Positions 8,755 through 16,679 of a stretch of DNA of 40,386 bases are shown here, piece after piece (position 1 is the first letter of the stretch; every line of letters begins with the position of its first letter). The notes below the pieces were generated by a model. It did no database searches. It was not told the DNA's origin and saw nothing but the letters and a program-made list of their open reading frames with translations. This DNA is from Nitrospiraceae bacterium (GTDB lineage Bacteria; Nitrospirota; Thermodesulfovibrionia; Thermodesulfovibrionales; Dissulfurispiraceae): positions 4,013-44,398 of the forward strand of contig PMYY01000166.1 of assembly GCA_003170655.1 (NCBI GenBank), in the 5' to 3' direction. Made by a program: the position numbers and the translations under genes.

Positions 8755-8781
8755 CGCCCGAACGCAGAAAAAAAGGAGTTT

Positions 8782-10059
8782 ATGGAATTTAAAGTATTTG
8801 ATTTTCACCCCCATGTCGCGGCCGGGGTCAAGGCCGCGGGTTATACAACGCCTACGCCGATCCAGGCCCAGGCGATCCCGTTGGTCATGCAAGGGCATGA
8901 TATTATGGGTCTGGCGCAGACCGGCACCGGCAAGACCGCTGCCTTCGCGCTCCCTATCCTGCATCGCCTGATGCAAGGCGGACGTCGCCACGTCCGTGCA
9001 CTCGTCATTGCCCCTACTAGGGAATTGGCTGAGCAGATACATGAGGCAATCAGCATTCTGGGGCGAAATACCGGCCTCCGGAGCGTAACCATCTATGGCG
9101 GAGTGGGCTTCAATCCCCAGGTGGATAAACTGAAACGCGGCGCCGAGATTGTGGTGGCCTGTCCTGGGCGTCTCCTCGACCATATCGGACAGAAGACGAT
9201 CGATCTCTCTAGATTGGAGATGCTGGTCCTCGATGAGGCCGACCATATGTTTGACATGGGCTTTTTGCCCGATATCCGTCAGATCTTGAGACAGCTGCCT
9301 CAGAGACGGCAGACCTTGCTCTTTTCGGCTACCATGCCCGAAGAGATCAGGCATCTGGCTAACGATGTTCTGAACGAGCCGGTCATGGTTAAAGTTGGTA
9401 TGACTGCCCCGGCAGTTACGGTCAGTCATGCCCTCTATCCGGTTGCCCAGCACCTCAAGACGCCGCTGCTTCTCAAGCTGCTTCACAATACCGACACTGA
9501 GTCAGTATTGATTTTCACCCGGACCAAGCACAGGGCCAAGCGCCTCGGTGAACAGCTGGTCAATGCCGGATACCGGTCTGCCTCGCTGCAGGGTAACCTC
9601 TCGCAGGCGCAGAGACAAGCCGCGATGAGCGGGTTCCGCAACGGCACATTCCAGATCCTGGTGGCGACCGATATCGCCGCGCGCGGGATAGATGTCACAC
9701 AGATTTCTCACGTCATCAACTATGATATTCCCGATACCACAGATGCTTACATTCACCGCATCGGACGTACCGGTCGTGCTGCCCGGAGCGGAGATGCATA
9801 CACATTGGTGACCCCTGAAAACAGGGATACGGTGCGCGACATCGAAAGAGTCTTGGGCGGAGCGATAGAGCGCCGAATTCTTGAGGAGTTTGACTACGGC
9901 GTAGCAGCGCCGAAGAGAGACAACGAGTTCGTACGCCCGCCACGTCAGCACGTACCGGCGCGCAAATCCGGTGGACAAAAATCTGGCAGGCAGTGGGGAG
10001 ATGTCAATCCATCCAGTACCTCCAGACCAAAGAAAGCCTCTGTCATGAAATTCAGGTAG
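8782..10059 (+). CDS. rhlE: DEAD-box ATP-dependent RNA helicase, RhlE-like, with basic C-terminal tail
   Basis: 425 aa. Q-motif region, AQTGTGKTAAF (motif I), DEAD, SAT, HRIGRTGRAG-like (HRIGRTGRAARSG). SD GGAG 4 nt upstream. Confidence 0.9.
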   Translation: MEFKVFDFHPHVAAGVKAAGYTTPTPIQAQAIPLVMQGHDIMGLAQTGTGKTAAFALPILHRLMQGGRRHVRALVIAPTRELAEQIHEAISILGRNTGLRSVTIYGGVGFNPQVDKLKRGAEIVVACPGRLLDHIGQKTIDLSRLEMLVLDEADHMFDMGFLPDIRQILRQLPQRRQTLLFSATMPEEIRHLANDVLNEPVMVKVGMTAPAVTVSHALYPVAQHLKTPLLLKLLHNTDTESVLIFTRTKHRAKRLGEQLVNAGYRSASLQGNLSQAQRQAAMSGFRNGTFQILVATDIAARGIDVTQISHVINYDIPDTTDAYIHRIGRTGRAARSGDAYTLVTPENRDTVRDIERVLGGAIERRILEEFDYGVAAPKRDNEFVRPPRQHVPARKSGGQKSGRQWGDVNPSSTSRPKKASVMKFR

Positions 10060-10065
10060 AGAAAA

Positions 10066-10099
10066 GGGTTGGCCGGGTCGATACCAACACGGCCAACCC
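10066..10099 (+). other. 10-bp GC-rich stem-loop just after the helicase stop (possible terminator/stabiliser, no U-tract)
   Basis: GGGTTGGCCG-14 nt-CGGCCAACCC. A smaller hairpin, ACCGtacttCGGT + TTTT, follows ~20 nt later. Confidence 0.35.
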
Positions 10100-10237
10100 G
10101 ACTGCTTCATACCGTACTTCGGTTTTCATCTGCCAAGCATACCTTCGACAGCATTCAACGAAACTAAACCGCATCTCTCACTAATGCCAAATTCAGCCTA
10201 TTCCGGTTAAAATAGGACATTTTGAAAACGGAGGAAG

Positions 10238-10444
10238 ATGATGGATTGTATCAAAGAAAACAATAAAAAGATGTGCAATTGCACGTACGAGCCATGTGAA
10301 CGCAAGCATAAATGCTGCCTCTGCATGCACTATCACCGGGATAAAGGCGAATTGCCAGCCTGTTATTTCAATGCTCAGTATGAGAGGACCTACGACCGGT
10401 CGATAGGCAATTTTCTGAAGATGCGAGGGTTGAGAACAGCTTGA
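10238..10444 (+). CDS. small Cys-rich protein (8 Cys in the first 42 residues), family not securely recognised
   Basis: 68 aa: [44 protein letters not shown]... Strong SD (GGAGG) 4-7 nt upstream. It resembles small clostridial-type Cys-rich 'cytoplasmic proteins', but I cannot name the family with certainty. Confidence 0.6.
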   Translation: MMDCIKENNKKMCNCTYEPCERKHKCCLCMHYHRDKGELPACYFNAQYERTYDRSIGNFLKMRGLRTA

Positions 10445-10525
10445 AGATATCGTTTCTTTTAATGAACAAATATGGACGAATATCAGGACATAATGGGATA
10501 TTTGTCTATTTTTTTAGGAACGGTA

Positions 10526-10981
10526 ATGAGTAAGATCCTTGTCATAGGGTACGGCAACTCGATGCGGGGAGATGACGGGATGGGGCCGCTTGCGGCGCAA
10601 CGCATCGAGAGCATTGTGCAGGATAAAGAGGTCAAGATCATAGTCCGGCACCAGACAGGCATCGAGTTGGCAGAAGATCTTAAAGACGCGGATTTTGTGA
10701 TATTTATCGACGCCCATGTGGGCGACAAGCCGGGCACATTGAAAGAAGAAGCAGTTGTTCTAGACGACTCAATGCCGAGCAGCTTTTCTCACCATCTTCG
10801 TCCCGGAGTCCTGCTGAGTTTGGTTCAAGCGCTTTACAATAAACATCCTGAAGCCGTCGTCTATTCCATCGCCGCTGAATCCTTCGATCACGGAGAGGGC
10901 CTTTCCCCGGCAGTTGAAGCTACGCTGCCTGTGTTAATCGACAAGGTACTTGCCCGGATCAATGCATTAAAAAAATTGTAG
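10526..10981 (+). CDS. [NiFe]-hydrogenase maturation endopeptidase (HyaD/HybD/FrhD family)
   Basis: ILVIGYGNSMRGDDGMGPLAAQRI and FIDA motifs. I use the start at internal ATG 10526 (AGGAA SD) rather than the ORF-track start at 10472. Confidence 0.8.
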   Translation: MSKILVIGYGNSMRGDDGMGPLAAQRIESIVQDKEVKIIVRHQTGIELAEDLKDADFVIFIDAHVGDKPGTLKEEAVVLDDSMPSSFSHHLRPGVLLSLVQALYNKHPEAVVYSIAAESFDHGEGLSPAVEATLPVLIDKVLARINALKKL

Positions 10982-11003
10982 GGGCAGGGGGGGTATCCTG
11001 CCC
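10982..11003. terminator. shared stem-loop between the convergent protease and kup genes
   Basis: GGGCAGG-8 nt-CCTGCCC. On the minus strand a T7 run follows 6 nt later (10968-10975 region). Confidence 0.45.
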
Positions 11004-11028
11004 AATAAGAGAGCAGCAAGCAGCGTCC

Positions 11029-12843
11029 CTACATCTCCACCCGGGTCACCACCCCGTGGAGCTTCTGCGGCGGCAGGCGGTAGAACTGTACAAAGTGCGG
11101 GTTAAGCTTCTTGATTATCGAGAAAATCTTCCAGATGATACTTGTCGTCCCAATATCCTCTACGCCGTAGAATATGGTTTTCTCATCAATGCTAGCGTCT
11201 CTCAGGATCTCTTCCACATCGAAAACTTCCATATATCCTGCCTGTATCTCGAATGCCCGCAGCCCTTTTAACGGGAGATCCTTGAAAAGGCCTGTAACAC
11301 CGAAGGGGTCGTCCCGTATGACTATAGAAACCATGATATTGTCTTCATAGAGAATATTATTCAGAAACATCGTATTGGCTATATACGGAGGCACTTTTTC
11401 GATTCCCCGCGCAAAGAAGAGCGCCGTTCCTTTTATCTTGCTCATATCTTTATATGCCTGTTCGAACCTGGGGAGAAATTCTTTCTTGTCCATGGGTTGC
11501 ATGGTTCCGTACAACTTCCTTTGGCCCCTGGTATAGAGCAGGATAAGGCAAAGTGGTAGCATGGCGATGATGAGGGACCAATAGCCGCCATGCGGTATTT
11601 TGTAGATGTTGGACACCAGGAACGTGATATCGACCATGGCCACAAAGGCTGAAGCCGCTGCAAGGAATTTTTTCTCCTTCAGGGCGAATATCCATGTCAT
11701 CATGATCCCGGTGAGAGTCATAGTACCGGTGACGGCGAGGCCGTAAGCGGCGGCGAGGCGGCTGGATTCCCTGAACTGATGCATTATAAACAGTACAGAG
11801 AGTAGAAGAAACCAGTTTACAAATCCGATGTATATCTGTGACCGCATGTCAGCCGAGGTGTAATCAACCTTGAAAAGGGGCATGACATGGGTAGTGATGC
11901 CCTGGTACACTATCGAGAACATACCGCTGATCATTGCCTGAGAGGCTATTACCGTTGCCATTATGCTGAGGATGAGAAAGGGGACATAGAGTATCTGCGA
12001 CTGATTGAAAATCATCTCGAAGAGAACATTTTTTGCTTCCGGGTGACTGATAAGGAACGCTCCCTGGCCCAGGTAATTCAACACAAGGGCGATAAACACA
12101 AAAAACCATGCCCTGGTGATCGGTATGCGACCGAGGTGTCCCATGTCCGCATAAAGGGCCTCACCGCCGGTTGCGCACAGTATAACTTCGGAGAGAACGA
12201 AGAAGCCTGCAATTCCGTTTTCATAGAGAAACTGGACGGCATAATAAGGGTTCAACGCCTTGAGCACCGACGGTAATTGCGATATCGCAAAGACTCCCGA
12301 AACTGTAAGAGAGACGAACCAGATAATCATAATAGGTCCGAATGCGACAGAGACTTTTTCAGTCCCCTTCTTCTGGAAAGAAAAAAGCAGTATGGCGATA
12401 ATGCCGGCGATAACGATGAGTGTATCCTGAGCCGTGTTCTCAAGTCCTGGGATAAGCAGCAAACCTTCCACGGCGCTGAGTATACTGATGGCTGGAGTGA
12501 TTACGCCGTCACCTATGAGGAGTGATATGCCGATAAAAGACAGAAAGGTGATAAACGCCACTTTGCGGCCGGATTTCAGCATGGGGACGAGCAATTCCCT
12601 GAGCACAATGGTTCCGCCCTCGCCCTTTTTTGCAAGGCTCATAGCGAGCCAGGCGTACTCGACTGTTACGAGGATGACCAGCGTCCAGACTATAAGTGAC
12701 AGTACACCAAAGATGTGAGCCTCGATAGGCTTTGTCAAGAGGAATACGACAGTGAGGGTATAAATGGGGCTCGTTCCGATGTCGCCGAAAACTAGGCCGA
12801 GGGATTTGATTATTCCGGTGATTGGCGACTCCTTAGCAATCAT
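11029..12843 (-). CDS. kup: KUP/HAK/KT-family potassium transporter
   Basis: GDIGTSPIYT signature near the N-terminus, ~12 TM helices and a cytoplasmic C-terminal domain. I use the start at ATG 12843 (AAGAGG SD). The ORF-track TTG at 12891 lies inside the riboswitch terminator. Confidence 0.9.
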   Translation of the reverse strand: MIAKESPITGIIKSLGLVFGDIGTSPIYTLTVVFLLTKPIEAHIFGVLSLIVWTLVILVTVEYAWLAMSLAKKGEGGTIVLRELLVPMLKSGRKVAFITFLSFIGISLLIGDGVITPAISILSAVEGLLLIPGLENTAQDTLIVIAGIIAILLFSFQKKGTEKVSVAFGPIMIIWFVSLTVSGVFAISQLPSVLKALNPYYAVQFLYENGIAGFFVLSEVILCATGGEALYADMGHLGRIPITRAWFFVFIALVLNYLGQGAFLISHPEAKNVLFEMIFNQSQILYVPFLILSIMATVIASQAMISGMFSIVYQGITTHVMPLFKVDYTSADMRSQIYIGFVNWFLLLSVLFIMHQFRESSRLAAAYGLAVTGTMTLTGIMMTWIFALKEKKFLAAASAFVAMVDITFLVSNIYKIPHGGYWSLIIAMLPLCLILLYTRGQRKLYGTMQPMDKKEFLPRFEQAYKDMSKIKGTALFFARGIEKVPPYIANTMFLNNILYEDNIMVSIVIRDDPFGVTGLFKDLPLKGLRAFEIQAGYMEVFDVEEILRDASIDEKTIFYGVEDIGTTSIIWKIFSIIKKLNPHFVQFYRLPPQKLHGVVTRVEM

Positions 12844-12876
12844 GAGCGCCTCTTTTGTGGAACATGGAGGGACGGC

Positions 12877-12897
12877 AAAAAATGCCGGCAACCCGGC
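12877..12897 (-). terminator. short intrinsic terminator (expression platform candidate) after the c-di-AMP aptamer
   Basis: The minus strand reads GCCGG-guug-CCGGC-a-TTTTTT. The stem is only 5 bp, all G-C, so confidence is moderate. Confidence 0.45.
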
Positions 12898-12920
12898 CCG
12901 GAACCATTATGAACATTATA

Positions 12921-13040
12921 CCTTCCAATTGCCTACGAGGTTAGCTGCCGGGCTCGGACCTGGAAGTGTCCTATCCTTGAAGGAATTCGCCCCTTTTTTG
13001 GGTCCCCCGCATCCGTTATCACGGATCTCGGCGTTTTTAT
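12921..13040 (-). ncRNA. c-di-AMP riboswitch (ydaO/kimA class) in the kup leader
   Basis: The minus strand reads ...GAGATCCGTgataACGGATGCGGGGGACCCAaaaaaaGGGGCGAATTCC...CCGAGCCCGGCAGCTAACCTCGTAGGCAATTGGAAGG. The blocks GCGGGGGACCCA, GGGG(U/C)GAAU(U)CC and CCCG.CAGCUAACCUCGUA.GC...GGA(A)GG match the conserved cores of the ydaO motif as I recall them from the B. subtilis and Thermoanaerobacter examples. Confidence 0.85.
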
Positions 13041-13050
13041 AGTTGATTCT

Positions 13051-13079
13051 ATCTTAAAGCGACAAATAGCTAATGTCAA
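13051..13079 (-). promoter_or_regulatory. sigma-70 promoter driving the riboswitch-kup transcript
   Basis: The minus strand has TTGACA (13079-13074), a 17-nt spacer and TAAGAT (13056-13051). The predicted start is ~4 nt before the aptamer. Confidence 0.6.
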
Positions 13080-13140
13080 TAAGAATAAGGCGGTGTCCTG
13101 TCATAGATTTGCGCCCCCCGGCAATATCCGAGGTGCAATA

Positions 13141-13170
13141 AAAAAAGGCCTCCGCAATTCAGGAGGCCTT
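13141..13170 (-). terminator. intrinsic terminator of the cold-shock gene
   Basis: AAGGCCTCC-8 nt-GGAGGCCTT followed on the minus strand by TTTTTTATT, 20 nt after the stop. Confidence 0.85.
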
Positions 13171-13189
13171 TTGAGTTTGTGCGGGTGGA

Positions 13190-13390
13190 TTATTGCTTTA
13201 CGACGTTGATCGCCTTGGGACCTTTCGGGCCTTTTTCGACATCAAAGGTTACACGGTCTCCCTCGGCGAGAGATTTGAACCCGTTGCCGAGAATAGCGGA
13301 ATAATGAACAAATACGTCGCTGCCGTCCTCGCTTGTGACGAACCCAAACCCCTTGGATTCATTGAACCACTTCACTGTGCCTTGAGCCAT
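13190..13390 (-). CDS. cspA: cold-shock protein (CspA family, S1-like OB fold)
   Basis: 66 aa: [33 protein letters not shown]..., carrying RNP1 (KGFGF) and RNP2 (VFVHY). SD AAGGAGG. Confidence 0.95.
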   Translation of the reverse strand: MAQGTVKWFNESKGFGFVTSEDGSDVFVHYSAILGNGFKSLAEGDRVTFDVEKGPKGPKAINVVKQ

Positions 13391-13435
13391 TGCTTTACTG
13401 CCTCCTTACGGTAAATTGAGATCTCAGGATCTCAG

Positions 13436-13472
13436 AACAATAAAAGCCACAAAGTTAAAAGTCTTTGTGGCT
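13436..13472 (-). terminator. terminator-like hairpin between serS and csp (serS terminator and/or csp leader attenuator)
   Basis: The minus strand reads AGCCACAAAG-acttttaa-CTTTGTGGCT followed by TTTATTGTT. It lies downstream of the candidate csp promoter and 45 nt upstream of the csp SD. Confidence 0.55.
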
Positions 13473-13505
13473 CCATGCGGACAAACACTTCTAAATTCAA
13501 TTTCG

Positions 13506-13534
13506 AGTATAGCATGAAAAAATCAATAATGCAA
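13506..13534 (-). promoter_or_regulatory. candidate csp promoter abutting the serS stop
   Basis: The minus strand has TTGCAT (13534-13529), a 17-nt spacer and TATACT (13511-13506). It would give a ~108-nt leader. Confidence 0.45.
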
Positions 13535-13538
13535 TGGC

Positions 13539-14804
13539 CTATTTGATGACATCCATTCCCATGTATTGACGCAGCACTTCCGGGACAATTACGGTACCAT
13601 CCCTCTGTTGATAATTCTCCAGAACAGCCACAAGGGTCCTGCCAATGGCAAGGCCGGAGCCGTTGAGGGTGTGGACATACTCGGTTCCCTTCTTGCCCTC
13701 CCGTTTGAACCTGATATCTGCCCTCCTAGCCTGGAAATCCTCGAAGTTTGAGCAGGATGATATCTCGCGGTAGCGGTCCTGTCCCGGTAGCCAGACCTCG
13801 ATGTCATAGGTCTTGGCCGACGAGAATCCCATGTCCCCGGTGCACAGAACGATTGTGCGGTACGGCAGGCCGAGTTTTTGCAATATATCTTCGGCATCGG
13901 CAGTCAGCTTTTCGAGTTCGGCGTATGAATCTTCCGGCTTCGCAAATTTGACGAGTTCGACCTTGTTGAACTGGTGCTGGCGAATCAATCCCCTGACATC
14001 TTTCCCGTAAGACCCGGCTTCTCGTCTAAAACACGGGGTATAGGCGGTGTAATAAAGCGGCAGCAACTCTTCCCGCAGGATATCGCCCCGGTGAATATTG
14101 GTCACCGGCACTTCGGCGGTCGGGATGAGATAGAGCTCGGGATCTGCGACCCTGAAGAGATCCATCTCGAACTTGGGAAGCTGTCCCGTGCCTGTCATGC
14201 TTTCGCGGTTCACGAGGAGCGGCGGAAAGACTTCGGTATATCCCTTTGAGGTGTTCAGGTCGAGCATGAAATTCATGAGTGCCCTTTCAAGCCTGGCGCC
14301 TGGGCCTTTCATCAGCGCAAAACGCGCCCCTGCTATCTTCGCGCCCGTCTCGAAATCGATCATGCCCAGCACCTCTGCAACATCCCAGTGGTTGAGAGGC
14401 TCGAAGTCGAATACACGGGGCGTCCCCCATTTGCGAACTTCGATATTGTCGTTTTCGTCTTTGCCTACAGGCACGGACTGATTGGGTATGTTCGGGATGG
14501 TGAGGAGAAAAAGGTGGGTCTTTTCCTCGATGCCCTTCAGCATCTCGTCGATCTCCTTTATCCTGTCGGCAACACCCTTCATATCCTTCATCAACTGGTC
14601 GGCGTTCTTCTTCTCACGTTTGAGCTTGCCGATCTCCTCGGAGACAACATTCCTCTTATTTCGCAGCTCCTCCGACTCCCTGAGGAGCCTGAGCCTTTCG
14701 TCTTCGAGACCGAGGAATTCGGTCAGGTCTATCCCGGCATTCCTCCTTTCGAGGGCTGTCTTCACAACGTCGATATTCTCTCTTACGAAACGAGCATCAA
14801 GCAT
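13539..14804 (-). CDS. serS: seryl-tRNA synthetase
   Basis: I use the start at the internal ATG 14804 ([15 protein letters not shown]..., the canonical SerRS N-terminus, SD AAAGGAG). The gene shows a coiled-coil arm followed by class II motifs (FRREAGS..., [18 protein letters not shown]). The 82-codon N-terminal extension in the ORF track is unlikely. Confidence 0.9.
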   Translation of the reverse strand: MLDARFVRENIDVVKTALERRNAGIDLTEFLGLEDERLRLLRESEELRNKRNVVSEEIGKLKREKKNADQLMKDMKGVADRIKEIDEMLKGIEEKTHLFLLTIPNIPNQSVPVGKDENDNIEVRKWGTPRVFDFEPLNHWDVAEVLGMIDFETGAKIAGARFALMKGPGARLERALMNFMLDLNTSKGYTEVFPPLLVNRESMTGTGQLPKFEMDLFRVADPELYLIPTAEVPVTNIHRGDILREELLPLYYTAYTPCFRREAGSYGKDVRGLIRQHQFNKVELVKFAKPEDSYAELEKLTADAEDILQKLGLPYRTIVLCTGDMGFSSAKTYDIEVWLPGQDRYREISSCSNFEDFQARRADIRFKREGKKGTEYVHTLNGSGLAIGRTLVAVLENYQQRDGTVIVPEVLRQYMGMDVIK

Positions 14805-14845
14805 ACTTTCTCCTTTACTCCGTAACTCCTTAACTCTTCTTACGA

Positions 14846-14875
14846 TATAATAAGAGTATAGATGATTAATTTCAA
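14846..14875. promoter_or_regulatory. overlapping divergent promoter elements for serS (minus) and the FliK-like gene (plus)
   Basis: Minus strand: TTGAAA (14875-14870), 17 nt, TATTAT (14852-14847). Plus strand: TATAAT (14846-14851), 10 nt before ATG 14862, with no SD. Confidence 0.4.
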
Positions 14876-16166
14876 GATTTCGGACCTCTTCGAAGGCCTC
14901 ATCACCGTTACCAAGCCACTCGGTAAATCTATCCCGCTCAATGTCGGCGAGATTGTAAAAGGCGAAGTCATGGACCTTCTTCCGACGGGTGGTGTAACGC
15001 TCAGGATCAAGGGCAGTTTTATCACCGCGAGGACCGACATTCCTCTGCAAAAGAATACCGAGGTGATGCTGAAGGTAATCGGCACTCCATCATCGCCGAA
15101 TGAACTGAAGCTCCAGTTTATGGGCATGACCGAAAAGGAAGATCCCGGACCAGCTGCTTTTAAAGGCGAAGCGCTGAACAGGTTTCTCCAGGATGCTTCG
15201 GGGGGCGCACCCCGCACGCCGCTTTCGATGGAGATGATCGAACGGCTCCTGAAAACTCTGCCTTCCGACGTCAATGCCATACCGAAGGAAATAAGACTTC
15301 AGATTCAGAATGTCCTTCGGGAAAGTCTGAAGGCAACCGGGCAGGACATACAGACGCGGCTCGATGAGCTATTCAAGGACTTGCCGCCTGCGCTAAAAAA
15401 CCAGGCAAGCCTGCAAGATCTGAAGATTGATGTAACCGTAAGTATCGATAAACTTCTGTCTGAGGGCGCAGCGGATAATCTCGAGGCCCTGCTCAGGGGT
15501 ACGGGTGTAGCACTGGAATCCAAGCTGAAAGCGGTCGCGGAGTTGTTGCAGCAGGCAAAGACATCGCCGGAAGGCGGTGCCGAACCCGGTAAGGGGACGC
15601 TTTCAATCGATATTAAACAGCTGTTGCCCGCAGCTGACCGGGCATCCCTTGAGAATGATCTCAAGGCTACCCTGCTCAGGCTGAAAGAGGTCCTCGATCA
15701 GACGACAACCGGAGACCTTGCTGTTATAAGAAAAGCTTCAGACGCCGTAGGCGGCCTTCTCAAAGACATCGAGACCTTCCAGCTCCTTTCAAGGACAACT
15801 CAATCGTTTTACACCTTTCTTCCTGTCAACTGGCAGGAACTGAAAGACGGAGAGATCGCATTCAAGCAAAACACAAGCGATGGCAAAGCCGCCTCTTTTT
15901 CATGCCGGCTCAACCTCGATCTTGAAGACCATGGAAAGCTTGTGATCATGGTGCTTTCCCATAATAACGAGTTTTTCGTTTCGTTAAAGCCCGAAAGCGA
16001 AGAATTCAAGTCGATGCTCGCTTCTAATGTGAATCACCTCGAGAACCAGTTTGCGGAAGAGGGGCTCAATCTCAAGGCTGTGAGGGTCCTTGATAAGGAT
16101 GATACCTCACTTGAACAACTAGAAAACCTGGAGCCTTTCAAGCAGATTGTGAGCATCAAGGCCTGA
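14862..16166 (+). CDS. FliK-like protein (C-terminal flagellar hook-length-control 'Flg_hook'-type domain)
   Basis: 434 aa, low-complexity and Ala/Leu/Glu-rich. The C-terminal block [62 protein letters not shown] follows the L.L.P..LG.v.v...v.l.a......L......L...L...G pattern of FliK C-domains. An FlhB-C-like gene follows 3 nt later. Confidence 0.6.
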   Translation: MINFKISDLFEGLITVTKPLGKSIPLNVGEIVKGEVMDLLPTGGVTLRIKGSFITARTDIPLQKNTEVMLKVIGTPSSPNELKLQFMGMTEKEDPGPAAFKGEALNRFLQDASGGAPRTPLSMEMIERLLKTLPSDVNAIPKEIRLQIQNVLRESLKATGQDIQTRLDELFKDLPPALKNQASLQDLKIDVTVSIDKLLSEGAADNLEALLRGTGVALESKLKAVAELLQQAKTSPEGGAEPGKGTLSIDIKQLLPAADRASLENDLKATLLRLKEVLDQTTTGDLAVIRKASDAVGGLLKDIETFQLLSRTTQSFYTFLPVNWQELKDGEIAFKQNTSDGKAASFSCRLNLDLEDHGKLVIMVLSHNNEFFVSLKPESEEFKSMLASNVNHLENQFAEEGLNLKAVRVLDKDDTSLEQLENLEPFKQIVSIKA

Positions 16167-16169
16167 TAA

Positions 16170-16445
16170 ATGGACAACCGAAAAAAGGTAGCAGCACTCA
16201 AATACAAGCCGAACGAGAACGCGGCTCCGAAGGTTGTGGCGAAGGGGAGCGGCTGGCTTGCCGAAAAGATCCTGGAAGTAGCAAAAGAGCATAATGTACC
16301 GTTGAAGCAAGACTCCCAACTGGTCGAAGTACTATCAGCCATAGACCTGAACCGCGAGATACCCCCCGAATTATACAAGGCAGTTGCTGAGATACTGGCC
16401 TTTGTCTACCGCATGTCAAAAAAAGAACCGTCAGTGCTCAGATAG
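16170..16445 (+). CDS. stand-alone FlhB/EscU C-terminal-domain protein (YlqH-like)
   Basis: 91 aa. [39 protein letters not shown]...[17 protein letters not shown] matches the FlhB-CC sub-domain. It has no TM region and no NPTH autocleavage site. Confidence 0.8.
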   Translation: MDNRKKVAALKYKPNENAAPKVVAKGSGWLAEKILEVAKEHNVPLKQDSQLVEVLSAIDLNREIPPELYKAVAEILAFVYRMSKKEPSVLR

Positions 16446-16679
16446 TCAATTGCTTCCGCGCCACAACATAATCCTCATAACGCCCTCTTCCCCCTCTTGA
16501 TCTAAGATGGAGAAGAGTGAATTACTTCGATAATTTATATTCAAGCTACAACCCGGATTGTCCAAGCTCTTTTGCTTTATCCGACTGTCGAGCGATTCAT
16601 TGTGAATGGACACCTTCGACCATTATATCCCTCTGGAAAAGGTAGCCTGCAAGCGTCTTTATAATCTATACTACAGGCT

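Noticed and set aside
8663-8971. 102-aa plus-strand ORF that starts in the helicase leader.
   Set aside because: It begins upstream of the predicted transcription start, runs through the intrinsic terminator, and is out of frame with the real helicase ORF. Its translation is Arg/Pro-rich nonsense.
8713-9486. Long ORFs antisense to clearly identified genes. Examples: 8713..9486 and 9502..10110 opposite the helicase, 5508..6257 opposite nifS, 31039..31755 and 31837..32556 opposite lutB, 25908..26456 opposite lctP, 39299..40141 opposite the tol genes, 7738..8499 opposite lexA.
   Set aside because: Each lies opposite a gene with strong family motifs and has low-complexity, Arg/Ser/Pro-rich translations with no recognisable motifs. 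These are typical shadow ORFs of GC-moderate coding DNA.
12891-15050. The longer N-terminal extensions offered by the ORF track: kup TTG 12891, serS 15050, lexA 8636, DinB-family 35504, protease 10472, lctP 25578, lutC GTG 30342.
   Set aside because: In each case an internal ATG with a proper SD (a consensus promoter for lexA) matches the canonical family N-terminus. The extension overlaps regulatory elements or neighbouring genes.
16488-16498. An 11-mer, TTCCCCCTCTT, shared by the hairpin after the FlhB-like gene (16488-16498) and the hairpin after tolB (37796-37806). I considered a REP-like element.
   Set aside because: There are only two copies. By my estimate several shared 11-mers are expected by chance among ~4 kb of intergenic DNA on two strands, and similarity beyond the 11-mer is patchy.
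16446-16679. Looked for an M-box (Mg2+) or yybP-ykoY (Mn2+) riboswitch upstream of the MgtE_N/NRAMP operon.
   Set aside because: The conserved cores are not present (for example GUUAGGUGAGGC of the M-box, or the GGGGAGUAG...CUUGACA pattern of yybP-ykoY). Only short local hairpins occur, and the -10-like elements sit immediately next to the ATG.
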